Source: Acidobacteriota bacterium (GTDB lineage Bacteria; Acidobacteriota; UBA6911; RPQK01; JAJDTT01). From it: 64,000 nucleotides of DNA. The translations under genes and the position numbers were made by a program. This document shows positions 8,637 through 17,351 of the stretch, one piece after another (the first letter of the stretch is position 1; each line of letters starts with the position of its first letter). Location: the NCBI GenBank assembly GCA_965217775.1, contig CBDCJH010000002.1:224001-288000 (forward strand), given 5' to 3'. Under the pieces are notes generated by a model. It searched no databases. It saw only the letters and a program-made list of their open reading frames with translations, and was not told the DNA's origin.

Positions 8637-11600
8637 GTGCTGATTCAGTTTTACCGGGCACCGGCGCTCTCCGAAGCGAACGAACGGGGGCTGATCCGGC
8701 AGGTCCGCGCGGCGCTCGGCTTGGAGATCGGGGAGATCGAAACCGAGTACTGCTTCTACGTGGAAGCCGCCGGCCGGCTGCGCCGCGCGGGAAAGAAGAC
8801 CTTGTCCTGGCTCCTGGGCGAGACCTTCGAGCCGGAACGATTCGGTGAGCGGTCCTTTCTCTCTGGCGAGGGAACCTGTCTCGAAGTGGGACCCCGGTTG
8901 AGCTTCAAGACGGCTTGGTGCACCAATGCCGTTGCCGTCTGCCATTCCTGCGGTTTGGAGGAGATCACTCGGATCGAACGATCCCGGCGGTACCTTCTTC
9001 GGGGAACGGGCCGGCTCTCGGATCATCAGCGGAGCCGGTTCCTGGAGTTGGTCCACGACCGGATGACCGAGTTCCCCTATTCCGCACCCCTCACGTCATT
9101 CGACGGCGCGGTCCGCCCCGAGGCCAGCTTCCAGGTCCCCGTTCTCCAGGAGGGTAGAGGCGCGCTGGAGCGGCTGAACCGGAAGGCCGGTCTCGCCTTC
9201 GACGACTGGGACCTGGATTACTACACTGACCTGTTCGCTGGCCGGCTGGGCCGCAACCCCACCAACGTGGAGTGCTTCGACATCGCCCAGTCCAACAGCG
9301 AGCACTCGCGTCACTGGTTCTTCAAGGGCCGGATGGTGATCGACGGACAAGAACAGGCGTCGTCGCTGCTGGAACTGATCCAGGAGCCGATGCGGGCCAA
9401 TCCCCGCAACAGCGTCATCGCGTTTCGGGACAACTCCAGCGCGATTCGCGGATACCGGATCGAGACCCTGCTCCCCTCGGAGCCGGGGCGTCCGGGGCCG
9501 ATGGCGGCCTCTCAGGTGGACCACGACATCATTTTCACCGCCGAAACCCACAATTTCCCGTCGGGGGTGGCTCCGTTTCCGGGAGCGGAGACGGGGACCG
9601 GCGGGCGTATCCGGGACGTCCACGCCACCGGGAAAGGATCCCTGGTGGTGGCCGGGACGGCCGCCTACTGCGTGGGCAACCTGCGTATTCCCGGGTACGA
9701 GCTGCCCTGGGAGGACAGCGATTTCAGGTATCCGGAGAACCTGGCCTCTCCCCTCCGGATCGAGATCGAGGCCAGCGACGGCGCCTCCGACTACGGCAAC
9801 AAGTTCGGAGAACCGCTGATCCAGGGCTTTACCCGCTCGTTCGGATTGCGGTTGCCGGACGGCGAGCGGCGCGAGTGGATCAAGCCCATCATGTTCACCG
9901 GGGGCATCGGCCAGATCGACGCGCGCCACCTGCGCAAGGAAGTGCCCGAAGCAGGGATGTGGGTGGTCAAGATCGGAGGTCCCGCCTATCGCATCGGTCT
10001 GGGCGGGGGGGCCGCCTCCAGCATGGTGCAGGGAGAGAACGTGGCCGAGCTGGACTTCAATGCCGTTCAGCGGGGCGATGCCGAGATGGAGCAGAAGGTC
10101 AACCGGGTGATCCGCGCCTGCGTGGAAATGGGGAAAGGGAACCCCATCGTCAGTATCCACGACCAGGGCGCCGGCGGGAACTGCAACGTGCTCAAGGAGA
10201 TCGCCGAGCCGGCCGGGGCCAGGATCGAACTTCGAGAGATCCCCGTCGGCGACGAGACCCTGTCGGTTCTGGAGATCTGGGTGGCCGAGTACCAGGAGCA
10301 GGACGCACTTTTGCTGGGACCGGGCGACTCCCGGCTCTTCCTCGATCTCTGCCGGCGGGAGAAGGTGCCGGTCGCCTTCGTCGGAAGGGTCACGGGAGAC
10401 GGCCGCATCGTCCTTTTCGACGAGCGGGACGGTTCGACGCCGGTGGACCTGGAGTTGGACCAGGTTTTGGGATCCATGCCGCAAAAGGTCTTCCAACTCG
10501 AGCGGGTGCCGCCGCAACTGAGGCCGCTCCGGCTTCCTGCCTCGGCGTCGGTCCGGGAAGCGCTGGAGCGGATTTTTCGACTGGTTTCGGTAGGGTCCAA
10601 GCGATTCCTGACCAACAAGGTGGACCGCAGCGTGACCGGTCTGGTCGCCCAGCAACAGTGTGTCGGTCCTCTCCAACTGACTCTTTCGGATGTTTCGGTC
10701 ATCGCCCAGAGCCACTTCGGGTCCACCGGCGCCGCCACGGCCATCGGAGAGCGGCCCCTTCTGGGGTTGCTGGATCCGGGAGCCATGGCCCGGATGTCCC
10801 TGGCCGAGGCCCTGACCAACCTGGTCTGGGCTCCGGTGAGTCATCTCCAGGACCTGAAATGCTCGGGCAATTGGATGTGGCCGGCCAAGCTCCCGGGGGA
10901 GGGAGCCCTCGTCTACGCCGCCGCGGTGGCGCTGCGGGACACCCTGCTGGAACTGGGAATCGCCGTGGACGGAGGCAAGGACAGCCTTTCCATGGCGGCC
11001 TTGGCGCCTCTGGGTGACTCGGGCCGGGAGGAGACGGTGAAGGCGCCCGGGGCACTGGTCCTATCGGCCTACGTCACCTGTCCCGACATCACGCGAACGG
11101 TCACACCTGACCTCAAGCTGCCGGGGCGGGGCCGTCTCCTGTTCCTGGACCTGTCCTCGGGGCGGAGTCGTCTCGGGGGATCGGCCCTGGCTCAAGTGTA
11201 CGGACAATTGGGTGACGAGCCGCCAGATCTGGAGGATGCCGGGCTGCTGGGCCGGGCCTTCGAGGCGGTCCAGACCCTGATTGGAGAGCGGCTCCTGGCC
11301 AGCGGCCACGACCGGAGCGAAGGAGGACTGCTCACGACGATTCTGGAGATGGCCTTTGCGGGAGACTGCGGCGTCGAGGTGGATCTGGAGAATGCCGAGG
11401 GGGAGGAAGTTCTTCCCCTTCTGTTCTCCGAGGAGTTGGGACTGGTCCTGGAGGTGAGTCCCGAGGGGGAGGCCCGGGTCCGCCGAATCCTGAAGGATGC
11501 GGACGTCCCCTGCCGGCTGATCGGCCGCACGTTGCGGGAACCCCGGGTCGAGATTCGGGTGGACGGAACCGGCGTCCTGGAAGGGGACGTCCGGGAACTG

Positions 11601-12557
11601 AGGGATCTCTGGGAGGAGACCAGCTACCGGATCGAGCTGCTGCAGACCAATCCGGAATGCGCCCGTCAGGAGCGCCGTTCTCTGAAACGGCGGCGGGCGC
11701 CGGCCTACGCCCTCTCCTTCACTCCCCGGTCCACGGCGCCGGACCGCCTCGCGGGCGAGGTGCGGCCCAGGGTGGCCATCTTGCGGGAAGAGGGAAGCAA
11801 CGGGGACCGGGAGATGGCGTCCGCCTTTCATCTGGCTGGTTTCGAAGCCTGGGACGTGACCATGTCCGACCTGCTCTCCGGCTCCGTCCAGCTCTCCTCA
11901 TTCCGTGGAGTCGCCTTCGTCGGCGGCTTCAGCTACGCGGACGTCCTCGACTCGGCCAAGGGATGGGCCGGGGTGATCCGGTTCAATCCGGGGCTCTGGG
12001 AACAGTTCGAGCGCTTCTACCATCGGCCCGACAGTTTCAGTCTGGGTGTGTGCAACGGTTGTCAGCTCATGGCCCTCCTGGGCTGGATCCCTTGGAGGGA
12101 GATCGGGACCGCGGACCAGCCCCGATTCGTACGCAACCGCTCGGGACGGTTCGAGTCCCGTTTCTCTACGGTTCGCATCCAGGAAAGTCCCGCGCTGATG
12201 TTGAAGGGGATGGCCGGTTCCGTCCTGGGCATCTGGGTGAGCCACGGAGAGGGGCGAGCGTTCTTTCCCCGGCAGTCCACGCTGGCTCGGATCCGGGAAC
12301 AGCGCCTGGCTCCCATCCGCTTTGTGGACGACGCCGGCAAGATCACCCAGGACTATCCTCTCAACCCCAACGGGTCGGCGGACGGAATCGCCGCACTCTG
12401 CTCCCTCGACGGCCGCCATCTCGCCATCATGCCCCATCCGGAGCGAACCTCCCTGAAGTGGCAGTGGGGCTGGATGCCCCCGGATTGGAAGGATCGCCTG
12501 GAAGTTTCCCCATGGCTCCGACTCTTCCAGAACGCCCGGGAATGGTGCGACCGCTGA
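8637..12557 (+). CDS. purL: Phosphoribosylformylglycinamidine synthase, single-chain large form
   Basis: QSNSEHSRHWFF, AETHNFP, HDQGAGG, GGKDSLSM, then a fused glutaminase domain (EEGSNGDREM, GGFSYADVL, GVCNGCQ, MPHPER); 1306 aa. Confidence 0.97.
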   Translation: MLIQFYRAPALSEANERGLIRQVRAALGLEIGEIETEYCFYVEAAGRLRRAGKKTLSWLLGETFEPERFGERSFLSGEGTCLEVGPRLSFKTAWCTNAVAVCHSCGLEEITRIERSRRYLLRGTGRLSDHQRSRFLELVHDRMTEFPYSAPLTSFDGAVRPEASFQVPVLQEGRGALERLNRKAGLAFDDWDLDYYTDLFAGRLGRNPTNVECFDIAQSNSEHSRHWFFKGRMVIDGQEQASSLLELIQEPMRANPRNSVIAFRDNSSAIRGYRIETLLPSEPGRPGPMAASQVDHDIIFTAETHNFPSGVAPFPGAETGTGGRIRDVHATGKGSLVVAGTAAYCVGNLRIPGYELPWEDSDFRYPENLASPLRIEIEASDGASDYGNKFGEPLIQGFTRSFGLRLPDGERREWIKPIMFTGGIGQIDARHLRKEVPEAGMWVVKIGGPAYRIGLGGGAASSMVQGENVAELDFNAVQRGDAEMEQKVNRVIRACVEMGKGNPIVSIHDQGAGGNCNVLKEIAEPAGARIELREIPVGDETLSVLEIWVAEYQEQDALLLGPGDSRLFLDLCRREKVPVAFVGRVTGDGRIVLFDERDGSTPVDLELDQVLGSMPQKVFQLERVPPQLRPLRLPASASVREALERIFRLVSVGSKRFLTNKVDRSVTGLVAQQQCVGPLQLTLSDVSVIAQSHFGSTGAATAIGERPLLGLLDPGAMARMSLAEALTNLVWAPVSHLQDLKCSGNWMWPAKLPGEGALVYAAAVALRDTLLELGIAVDGGKDSLSMAALAPLGDSGREETVKAPGALVLSAYVTCPDITRTVTPDLKLPGRGRLLFLDLSSGRSRLGGSALAQVYGQLGDEPPDLEDAGLLGRAFEAVQTLIGERLLASGHDRSEGGLLTTILEMAFAGDCGVEVDLENAEGEEVLPLLFSEELGLVLEVSPEGEARVRRILKDADVPCRLIGRTLREPRVEIRVDGTGVLEGDVRELRDLWEETSYRIELLQTNPECARQERRSLKRRRAPAYALSFTPRSTAPDRLAGEVRPRVAILREEGSNGDREMASAFHLAGFEAWDVTMSDLLSGSVQLSSFRGVAFVGGFSYADVLDSAKGWAGVIRFNPGLWEQFERFYHRPDSFSLGVCNGCQLMALLGWIPWREIGTADQPRFVRNRSGRFESRFSTVRIQESPALMLKGMAGSVLGIWVSHGEGRAFFPRQSTLARIREQRLAPIRFVDDAGKITQDYPLNPNGSADGIAALCSLDGRHLAIMPHPERTSLKWQWGWMPPDWKDRLEVSPWLRLFQNAREWCDR

Positions 12558-12615
12558 GTCGCCGGGCGGGGCTTCGTGCCTGGTCGCGTCCAGCGCCCCG
12601 CCCCCATCTGACGGT

Positions 12616-13317
12616 ATGCAGATGATGACGCCTGTCGCACGCACCGTTCTGGTGCTTGTCATCCTGGCGACTTCAGTCCCTCTGGCTTGCTCCCGGACTG
12701 ACGACGAGTTACCCGGCGGCTTCGTCCGACTCGGAGAAGCGATTCCCGGAATCGTGCTCGACGTCCGTTACTTCGGCGCAGACAATTTCGTTGGCGCTCC
12801 GGTGGAGGGCTACGAGGCGCCGCAGGCGATCTTGTCGAGACCGGCGGCTACCGCACTGCGGCGAGTCCAGGCGTCGCTGCGGGAACGCGGGTTCGGACTG
12901 AAGGTTTTTGATGCCTACCGGCCGCAGACCGCCGTCGATCACTTCGTCCGCTGGGCTGCCGATCATGCGGACAACCGTACGAAAGCGGAGTACTATCCGG
13001 ACGTGCCGAAGTCCGAACTCTTCGTGGGTAACTACATCGCGAAGAAGTCCGGCCACTCGCGGGGCAGCACGGTGGATCTGACCATCGTCCGTTTGGAGAC
13101 CGGCGCCGAGTTGGACATGGGAACGCCGTTCGACTACTTCGGTCCGGAATCGGCGGGGGACTATCCGCACCTGACCGAATTGCAACGCGCCAACCGCCGC
13201 CTGCTGGCCGGCGTGATGCAAGCCCACGGATTCGTACCTTACGCAGCAGAGTGGTGGCACTACACTCTAGGGAATGAGCCGTATCCCGAGACGTATTTCA
13301 GCTTTCCAGTACGGTGA
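12616..13317 (+). CDS. ddpX: D-Ala-D-Ala dipeptidase, peptidase M15D, with lipoprotein-like signal
   Basis: FDAYRP, SGHSRGSTVD, DMGTPFD and EWWHY motifs; LAC lipobox-like sequence. Confidence 0.9.
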   Translation: MQMMTPVARTVLVLVILATSVPLACSRTDDELPGGFVRLGEAIPGIVLDVRYFGADNFVGAPVEGYEAPQAILSRPAATALRRVQASLRERGFGLKVFDAYRPQTAVDHFVRWAADHADNRTKAEYYPDVPKSELFVGNYIAKKSGHSRGSTVDLTIVRLETGAELDMGTPFDYFGPESAGDYPHLTELQRANRRLLAGVMQAHGFVPYAAEWWHYTLGNEPYPETYFSFPVR

Positions 13318-13344
13318 GCGCCCTGTAGTGGCCGGTGAGGTGTC

Positions 13345-14070
13345 GTGCGCTGGGTCGTAGGCGATATTCAAGGTTGTGCCCGGGAATTCGAGAAACTCCT
13401 CTCGGTCATCCGGTTCGATTCGAACCGGGACCAGTTGTGGTGCCTTGGTGACCTGATCAACCGGGGACCCGACTCGCTGACGACTCTGAGACTCTGGTTG
13501 GACATTGGCGGGCGCTCGCTTCTGGGAAACCACGAGATTCACGCCCTTCTCGCCTTCTCGGGAATCCGGCCCGAGCCGCCCAGATCCCTCCGGACACTCC
13601 TTGCCGCACCTGACGTCGACGAACTCATGGCCCGGCTGAGAGCCTGTCCGGTGCTGGTGCATCTGCCGTCCCTGGGAGACGGCCCCGCGGCCTGGATCGT
13701 TCACGCCGGCTTGAAGCCCACTTGGAACGACCTGCCGACTCTGGCCCGGAGGCTGAACGCGGGACCTCACGATGACGCCTGGCTCCAGAGCGACGGTGTC
13801 CGATTCGCGACATCGGTCCGCTGCTGTACTGCGGAGGGTCTTCCCCTGAAGTTCAGCGGCCCCCCCGCCGGCTGCGTGCCGCCTTACCAGCCGTGGGACA
13901 GCTTCTACCGGGGAGAGGACCTGGTGGTCCACGGGCACTGGGCGGCGCGGGGGTTCTACCGCAACCGCCTCACCATGGGGCTCGATTCGGGATGCGTGTA
14001 CGGGGGCGAGTTGACGGCCTGGTGCCAGGAAGAGGACCGGCTCGTCAGGATTCCGGCCATCACCGGTTAA
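13345..14070 (+). CDS. apaH: Symmetrical diadenosine tetraphosphatase / metallophosphoesterase
   Basis: GDIQGC, GDLINRGPDS, LGNHE, VHAG, GHWA and LDSGCVYGG motifs. Confidence 0.85.
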   Translation: MRWVVGDIQGCAREFEKLLSVIRFDSNRDQLWCLGDLINRGPDSLTTLRLWLDIGGRSLLGNHEIHALLAFSGIRPEPPRSLRTLLAAPDVDELMARLRACPVLVHLPSLGDGPAAWIVHAGLKPTWNDLPTLARRLNAGPHDDAWLQSDGVRFATSVRCCTAEGLPLKFSGPPAGCVPPYQPWDSFYRGEDLVVHGHWAARGFYRNRLTMGLDSGCVYGGELTAWCQEEDRLVRIPAITG

Positions 14071-14099
14071 CAGTCTGTGACGACTTTTGCCACGGGCTG
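14071..14099. mobile_element. 29-bp internally deleted MITE derivative
   Basis: CAGTCTGTG (left end) fused to ACGACTTTTGCCACGGGCTG (right end), flanked by TTAA on both sides. Confidence 0.7.
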
Positions 14100-14103
14100 T
14101 TAA

Positions 14104-14261
14104 CAGTCCGTGGTGAAAGTCTCACGAGCACCGAGACCGGTCCTGCGCCCGCCGGACAAGGCGCGATGAGGGAGCATACCGGGAGTATGTGACCGAGTCG
14201 CAACGCAGTCCGCCGGGATGCAGGGACGGTCGAATGCCGTGACGACTTTTGCCACGGGCTG
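14104..14261 (+). mobile_element. 158-bp MITE, copy 1
   Basis: Imperfect TIRs CAGTCCGTGGTGAAAGTC / GACTTTTGCCACGGGCTG; TTAA direct repeats at 14100-14103 and 14262-14265; second inverted copy at 30711..30868. Confidence 0.88.
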
Positions 14262-15566
14262 TTAACGGCCTTTGCGCAGGTGCCGATCGGCAAAGTCCAG
14301 ATACCGGTCCCAGTCGTAGTCGGTCACGTCGTGCCGGCCGCTCCGGATGTGGTAGCCGATGGTGTCCATGAGGGGCTGGTTCACGCCGGGCATGGAGTCC
14401 CCGGGGAGTCCGGGAAGTCCGAGGAGCGCATAGACGGGACTGGCGTGCCGGGCCGACAAGTACTCGCCTTTCGGGTCCGCCCATCGGTCCTCCGCCGCGC
14501 TGGCCACGTAGACCGGACGGGGGGCGATCAGGGCCACCAGCAGGTGCTGGTCCATGGGGAGTCTCTCTTCATTGCCGCCGTATTGCTTGAAGTTCCCGCA
14601 GAACCAGTGGGGAAAGACCCGGTTGATCCTCGCGACAGTCTCCCCGAAGCGGCGCCGGCTCAGGGCCGCTCCCCCGCAACCGGAATTGTTGGAGATGACC
14701 AAGGCGAAGCGCTCGTCCTCGGCGCCGGCCCAGAGGGCGGTCTTTCCCAGTCGGGAGTGGCCCAGCACCGCCACCTTTTGCGGGTCGATTCCCGGCTCGG
14801 TTTCCAGGTAGTCCAGGGCCCGGCTCAATCCCCAGGCCCAGGCGGCGATGGATCCCCACTCGTTGGCGTCGGGCCGCGTCTGTCCCGGCCGGTAGAAGAG
14901 AGGGTGGACCCCATTCCGGAACTCGTCGGCGTAGTCGGGATCGATGTCCCCGTAGTACGCCGTCACCAGGGCGTAACCGCGGCCGAGGATCTTTTCCACC
15001 GGCCAGCGGCGGGACAATGTTCCGCGGCCCTTCTCCGTGGCCCGGTTCTCCACCACCGCGCCCTCCACCTTGGAAGGGCGCATCCAGGTTTTGGGCAGAG
15101 CGATGCCCGGGTCCGGATGGATGGAATGGTTCCCGTTGAAGTTGAGACCCAGAAAGGCCGGGACCGGGTCGGAGCCGGGCGCCGGCAGGTAGATCAGGAG
15201 ATCCATCCGGGGGCGGTCGCGCTCCGGGCCGAAATAAAGCGAGACCTCTTTGCGGACGGCTGTGCCGCCGAGTGCACGAGAGTCCACGGAGGTGATTCGG
15301 GATGTTAGCTCCGGGGGCGGTCCGGGACGGCGCCCATACATCTGGGAGCGGAAGAGCTCCAGGATCTCGGGACGGCGGATCTCCCGCCAGTCCTGGGCGG
15401 TTTTGACCCGACGGCCGTCCTCGGTCGTCAGGGGATCGGGGAGGACGTAGGCGGGGATTGTCCCTTCGTCGTAGTTGGGTTCCTGTTCCTGAGCCGGCAG
15501 GAGCGGGGACGTAGCCGTCGCCAGCATCAATATGGAGGAAGCCCAGACCCCGATTCCGGCTTTCAT
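14262..15566 (-). CDS. CE15 glucuronoyl/acetylxylan esterase-like secreted hydrolase
   Basis: Signal peptide, NYDE..IPAYVLPDPL, WAWGLSRALDYL, GHSRLGK nucleophile motif, SGCGGAA, IAPRP, GRHDV. ATG at 15566. Confidence 0.88.
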   Translation of the reverse strand: MKAGIGVWASSILMLATATSPLLPAQEQEPNYDEGTIPAYVLPDPLTTEDGRRVKTAQDWREIRRPEILELFRSQMYGRRPGPPPELTSRITSVDSRALGGTAVRKEVSLYFGPERDRPRMDLLIYLPAPGSDPVPAFLGLNFNGNHSIHPDPGIALPKTWMRPSKVEGAVVENRATEKGRGTLSRRWPVEKILGRGYALVTAYYGDIDPDYADEFRNGVHPLFYRPGQTRPDANEWGSIAAWAWGLSRALDYLETEPGIDPQKVAVLGHSRLGKTALWAGAEDERFALVISNNSGCGGAALSRRRFGETVARINRVFPHWFCGNFKQYGGNEERLPMDQHLLVALIAPRPVYVASAAEDRWADPKGEYLSARHASPVYALLGLPGLPGDSMPGVNQPLMDTIGYHIRSGRHDVTDYDWDRYLDFADRHLRKGR

Positions 15567-15585
15567 GAGATCCCCGGGTGCCGTG

Positions 15586-17046
15586 TCAAAGGAATCGCCA
15601 ACCTCTCTGGGCGCCCAGACCCCGGTTCGCCTTGCGGACGTAATCCCGGTCCGGCAGCCCCACGAGACGGCCCTCCTGGACCCACTCCAGGTCCGAGCCG
15701 TAGAGGTGGTCCACCAGCAGCCGCACCAGACGTTCCTGAACTTCCAGCAGGGAAGCATGCCCGGCCAGGTTTCGTTGCTCCAAGGGGTCCTGGTCCAGAT
15801 CGAACAGTTGGAAGACGTTGCCGACCGGATAGTAGATGAGTTTGTGGCGCCGATCGCGGATCATGCGGGTGGATAGTGGACCCTCCCGGAATTCGCCGTA
15901 GAGATGGTCACGGTCCGCTTCGCCGGCCAGAGAGATCCCGTCCAGACATTCGGGAGGTTCGAGTCCGCAAAGATCCAGCAACGTCGGCATCAGGTCTCGA
16001 AGCTCCGCCAGCCGCTGGTCGCGACTACCTGGACGGAACCGGTCGTCACCCGCCGCCGGCACGATGATGAGGGGCACCCGGGCGGATTTCTCGTACATGA
16101 CCCCCTTGGCCCACATCTGGTGGTCTCCCAGCATTTCGCCGTGATCCGCCGTGAAGGCGACGATGGTGTTCTCCGACAGCCCTTCTTCACGCAGCGTTCC
16201 CAAGACCATCCGTATCTGGTGATCGATGTGGGTGACGGTGGCGTAGAAGGCCCTTCTCGCCACGTCTATCTCGCCTGGTGTGGCCATGCGCGTGCAGAAT
16301 TGGTCCATGTACGGCTTGACACTGTAGGGCAGGTCTTCGAACGACCGGGACCAGTCTCCGCGGACCATCGGGTCCAGTTCCAATTTCCGATAGAGATCCA
16401 GATACGCAGCCAGCGGCCAGACTGGTGGGTGCGGCCCCACGAAGGAGAGATACCAGAAGGCCGGCTTCCGGGGATCGCGGCGCCGGATGGTGCGGCACAT
16501 CTGCGCCGCCGCCCAGTTGGTGGGATGACAATGGTCGGGCAGGTGCCAGGAACGGGTGACATAGTCGTTGTTGCTGAGTCCGCCAGCGTACTCCTGCCCC
16601 GGATAGCCCTGATCCGCCAGGTAGAGCTCCCAGTCGTCAGCTTTGCCGTCATCCAGATGGTGCCGCCCTTCCTCATTGAGGATCACCTCGTCGAAGCCGA
16701 TCCGGTCGCGCTGGGGATAGACGTGGAGCTTGCCGACGGCGTGGGCCTGATAGCCGGCCTCCCGGAAGAGACCGGGCAGCGTCGGCACCGTTTTCGGGTC
16801 CGGCATCTCCAGATATTCGTTGAAGATCCGGTCGCCGTGGTTCCGCGCCGAAAGGCCCGTCATCAGGCTGCGCCGGGCCGGAATACAGACGGGAGAGGCC
16901 GAATAGGCGCGGTCGAAATGAACTCCGTTGCGCGCCATCTGGGCGATGGTGGGAGTCATCACCACCGGGTGCCCGGCCGGGCGGGTGAAGAGTCCGGACC
17001 AGTGGTCTGCGCAGATGAGCAGTACGTTCGGACGTTTCTCCGGCAT
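15586..17046 (-). CDS. Formylglycine-dependent sulfatase (choline-sulfatase-like), copy 1
   Basis: RPNVLLICAD, CIPARRSLMTG (CxPxR), GKLH, PHPP, ADHGEMLGDH..WAKG..YE. ATG at 17046. Confidence 0.92.
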   Translation of the reverse strand: MPEKRPNVLLICADHWSGLFTRPAGHPVVMTPTIAQMARNGVHFDRAYSASPVCIPARRSLMTGLSARNHGDRIFNEYLEMPDPKTVPTLPGLFREAGYQAHAVGKLHVYPQRDRIGFDEVILNEEGRHHLDDGKADDWELYLADQGYPGQEYAGGLSNNDYVTRSWHLPDHCHPTNWAAAQMCRTIRRRDPRKPAFWYLSFVGPHPPVWPLAAYLDLYRKLELDPMVRGDWSRSFEDLPYSVKPYMDQFCTRMATPGEIDVARRAFYATVTHIDHQIRMVLGTLREEGLSENTIVAFTADHGEMLGDHQMWAKGVMYEKSARVPLIIVPAAGDDRFRPGSRDQRLAELRDLMPTLLDLCGLEPPECLDGISLAGEADRDHLYGEFREGPLSTRMIRDRRHKLIYYPVGNVFQLFDLDQDPLEQRNLAGHASLLEVQERLVRLLVDHLYGSDLEWVQEGRLVGLPDRDYVRKANRGLGAQRGWRFL

Positions 17047-17117
17047 GGTCCGGCCCCAGTCTATAGCACGCGAAGGTGAAGGGTCCCTATTTCTCACTGA
17101 TCCGCCTTGGACCCAAG

Positions 17118-17144
17118 AGGGCGCCCACAAGGGGCGCGCCCTAC
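17118..17144 (-). repeat. GTAG-type REP-like hairpin
   Basis: Reverse complement is GTAGGGCGCGCCCCTTGTGGGCGCCCT; related copies at 18867 and 20683. Confidence 0.7.
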
Positions 17145-17171
17145 ACCTTATCTTCGGTTTCTTGAATCTGC

Positions 17172-17285
17172 GACTGAGGGGAGATCCCTTATCGGCGGCT
17201 CGACGTATTTCCGGCCGAGTGAAACCAGCCCGGCCCACTCCTGGCGGACGTGGAACCCCGCATGACACTGGAGGTCACCGCCGCT
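17172..17285 (+). pseudogene. Degraded msrP fragment carried by the sulfatase duplication
   Basis: From 17202 it reads DVFPAE*NQPGPLLADVEPRMTLEVTAA, versus msrP DVFPTKRNQAYSLPADIDPRMTPRGSAA (19113 onward), with a CGA>TGA stop. Confidence 0.75.
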
Positions 17286-17351
17286 GGCAGCCCCGCCAGG
17301 AAGGACGCCCGGATCCCGTTTCGGATCTTCACCGGCCTTCGGAATCCCACA

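Noticed and set aside
12616-13317. Vancomycin resistance (vanX) cluster
   Set aside because: No vanH, vanA/B or vanRS nearby, and the organism is a diderm (lpxD); an ordinary DdpX-type dipeptidase is more likely.
14071-14265. CRISPR array from the repeated GTGACGACTTTTGCCACGGGCTGTTAAC
   Set aside because: Only two units ~160 bp apart, explained by MITE ends; no cas genes.
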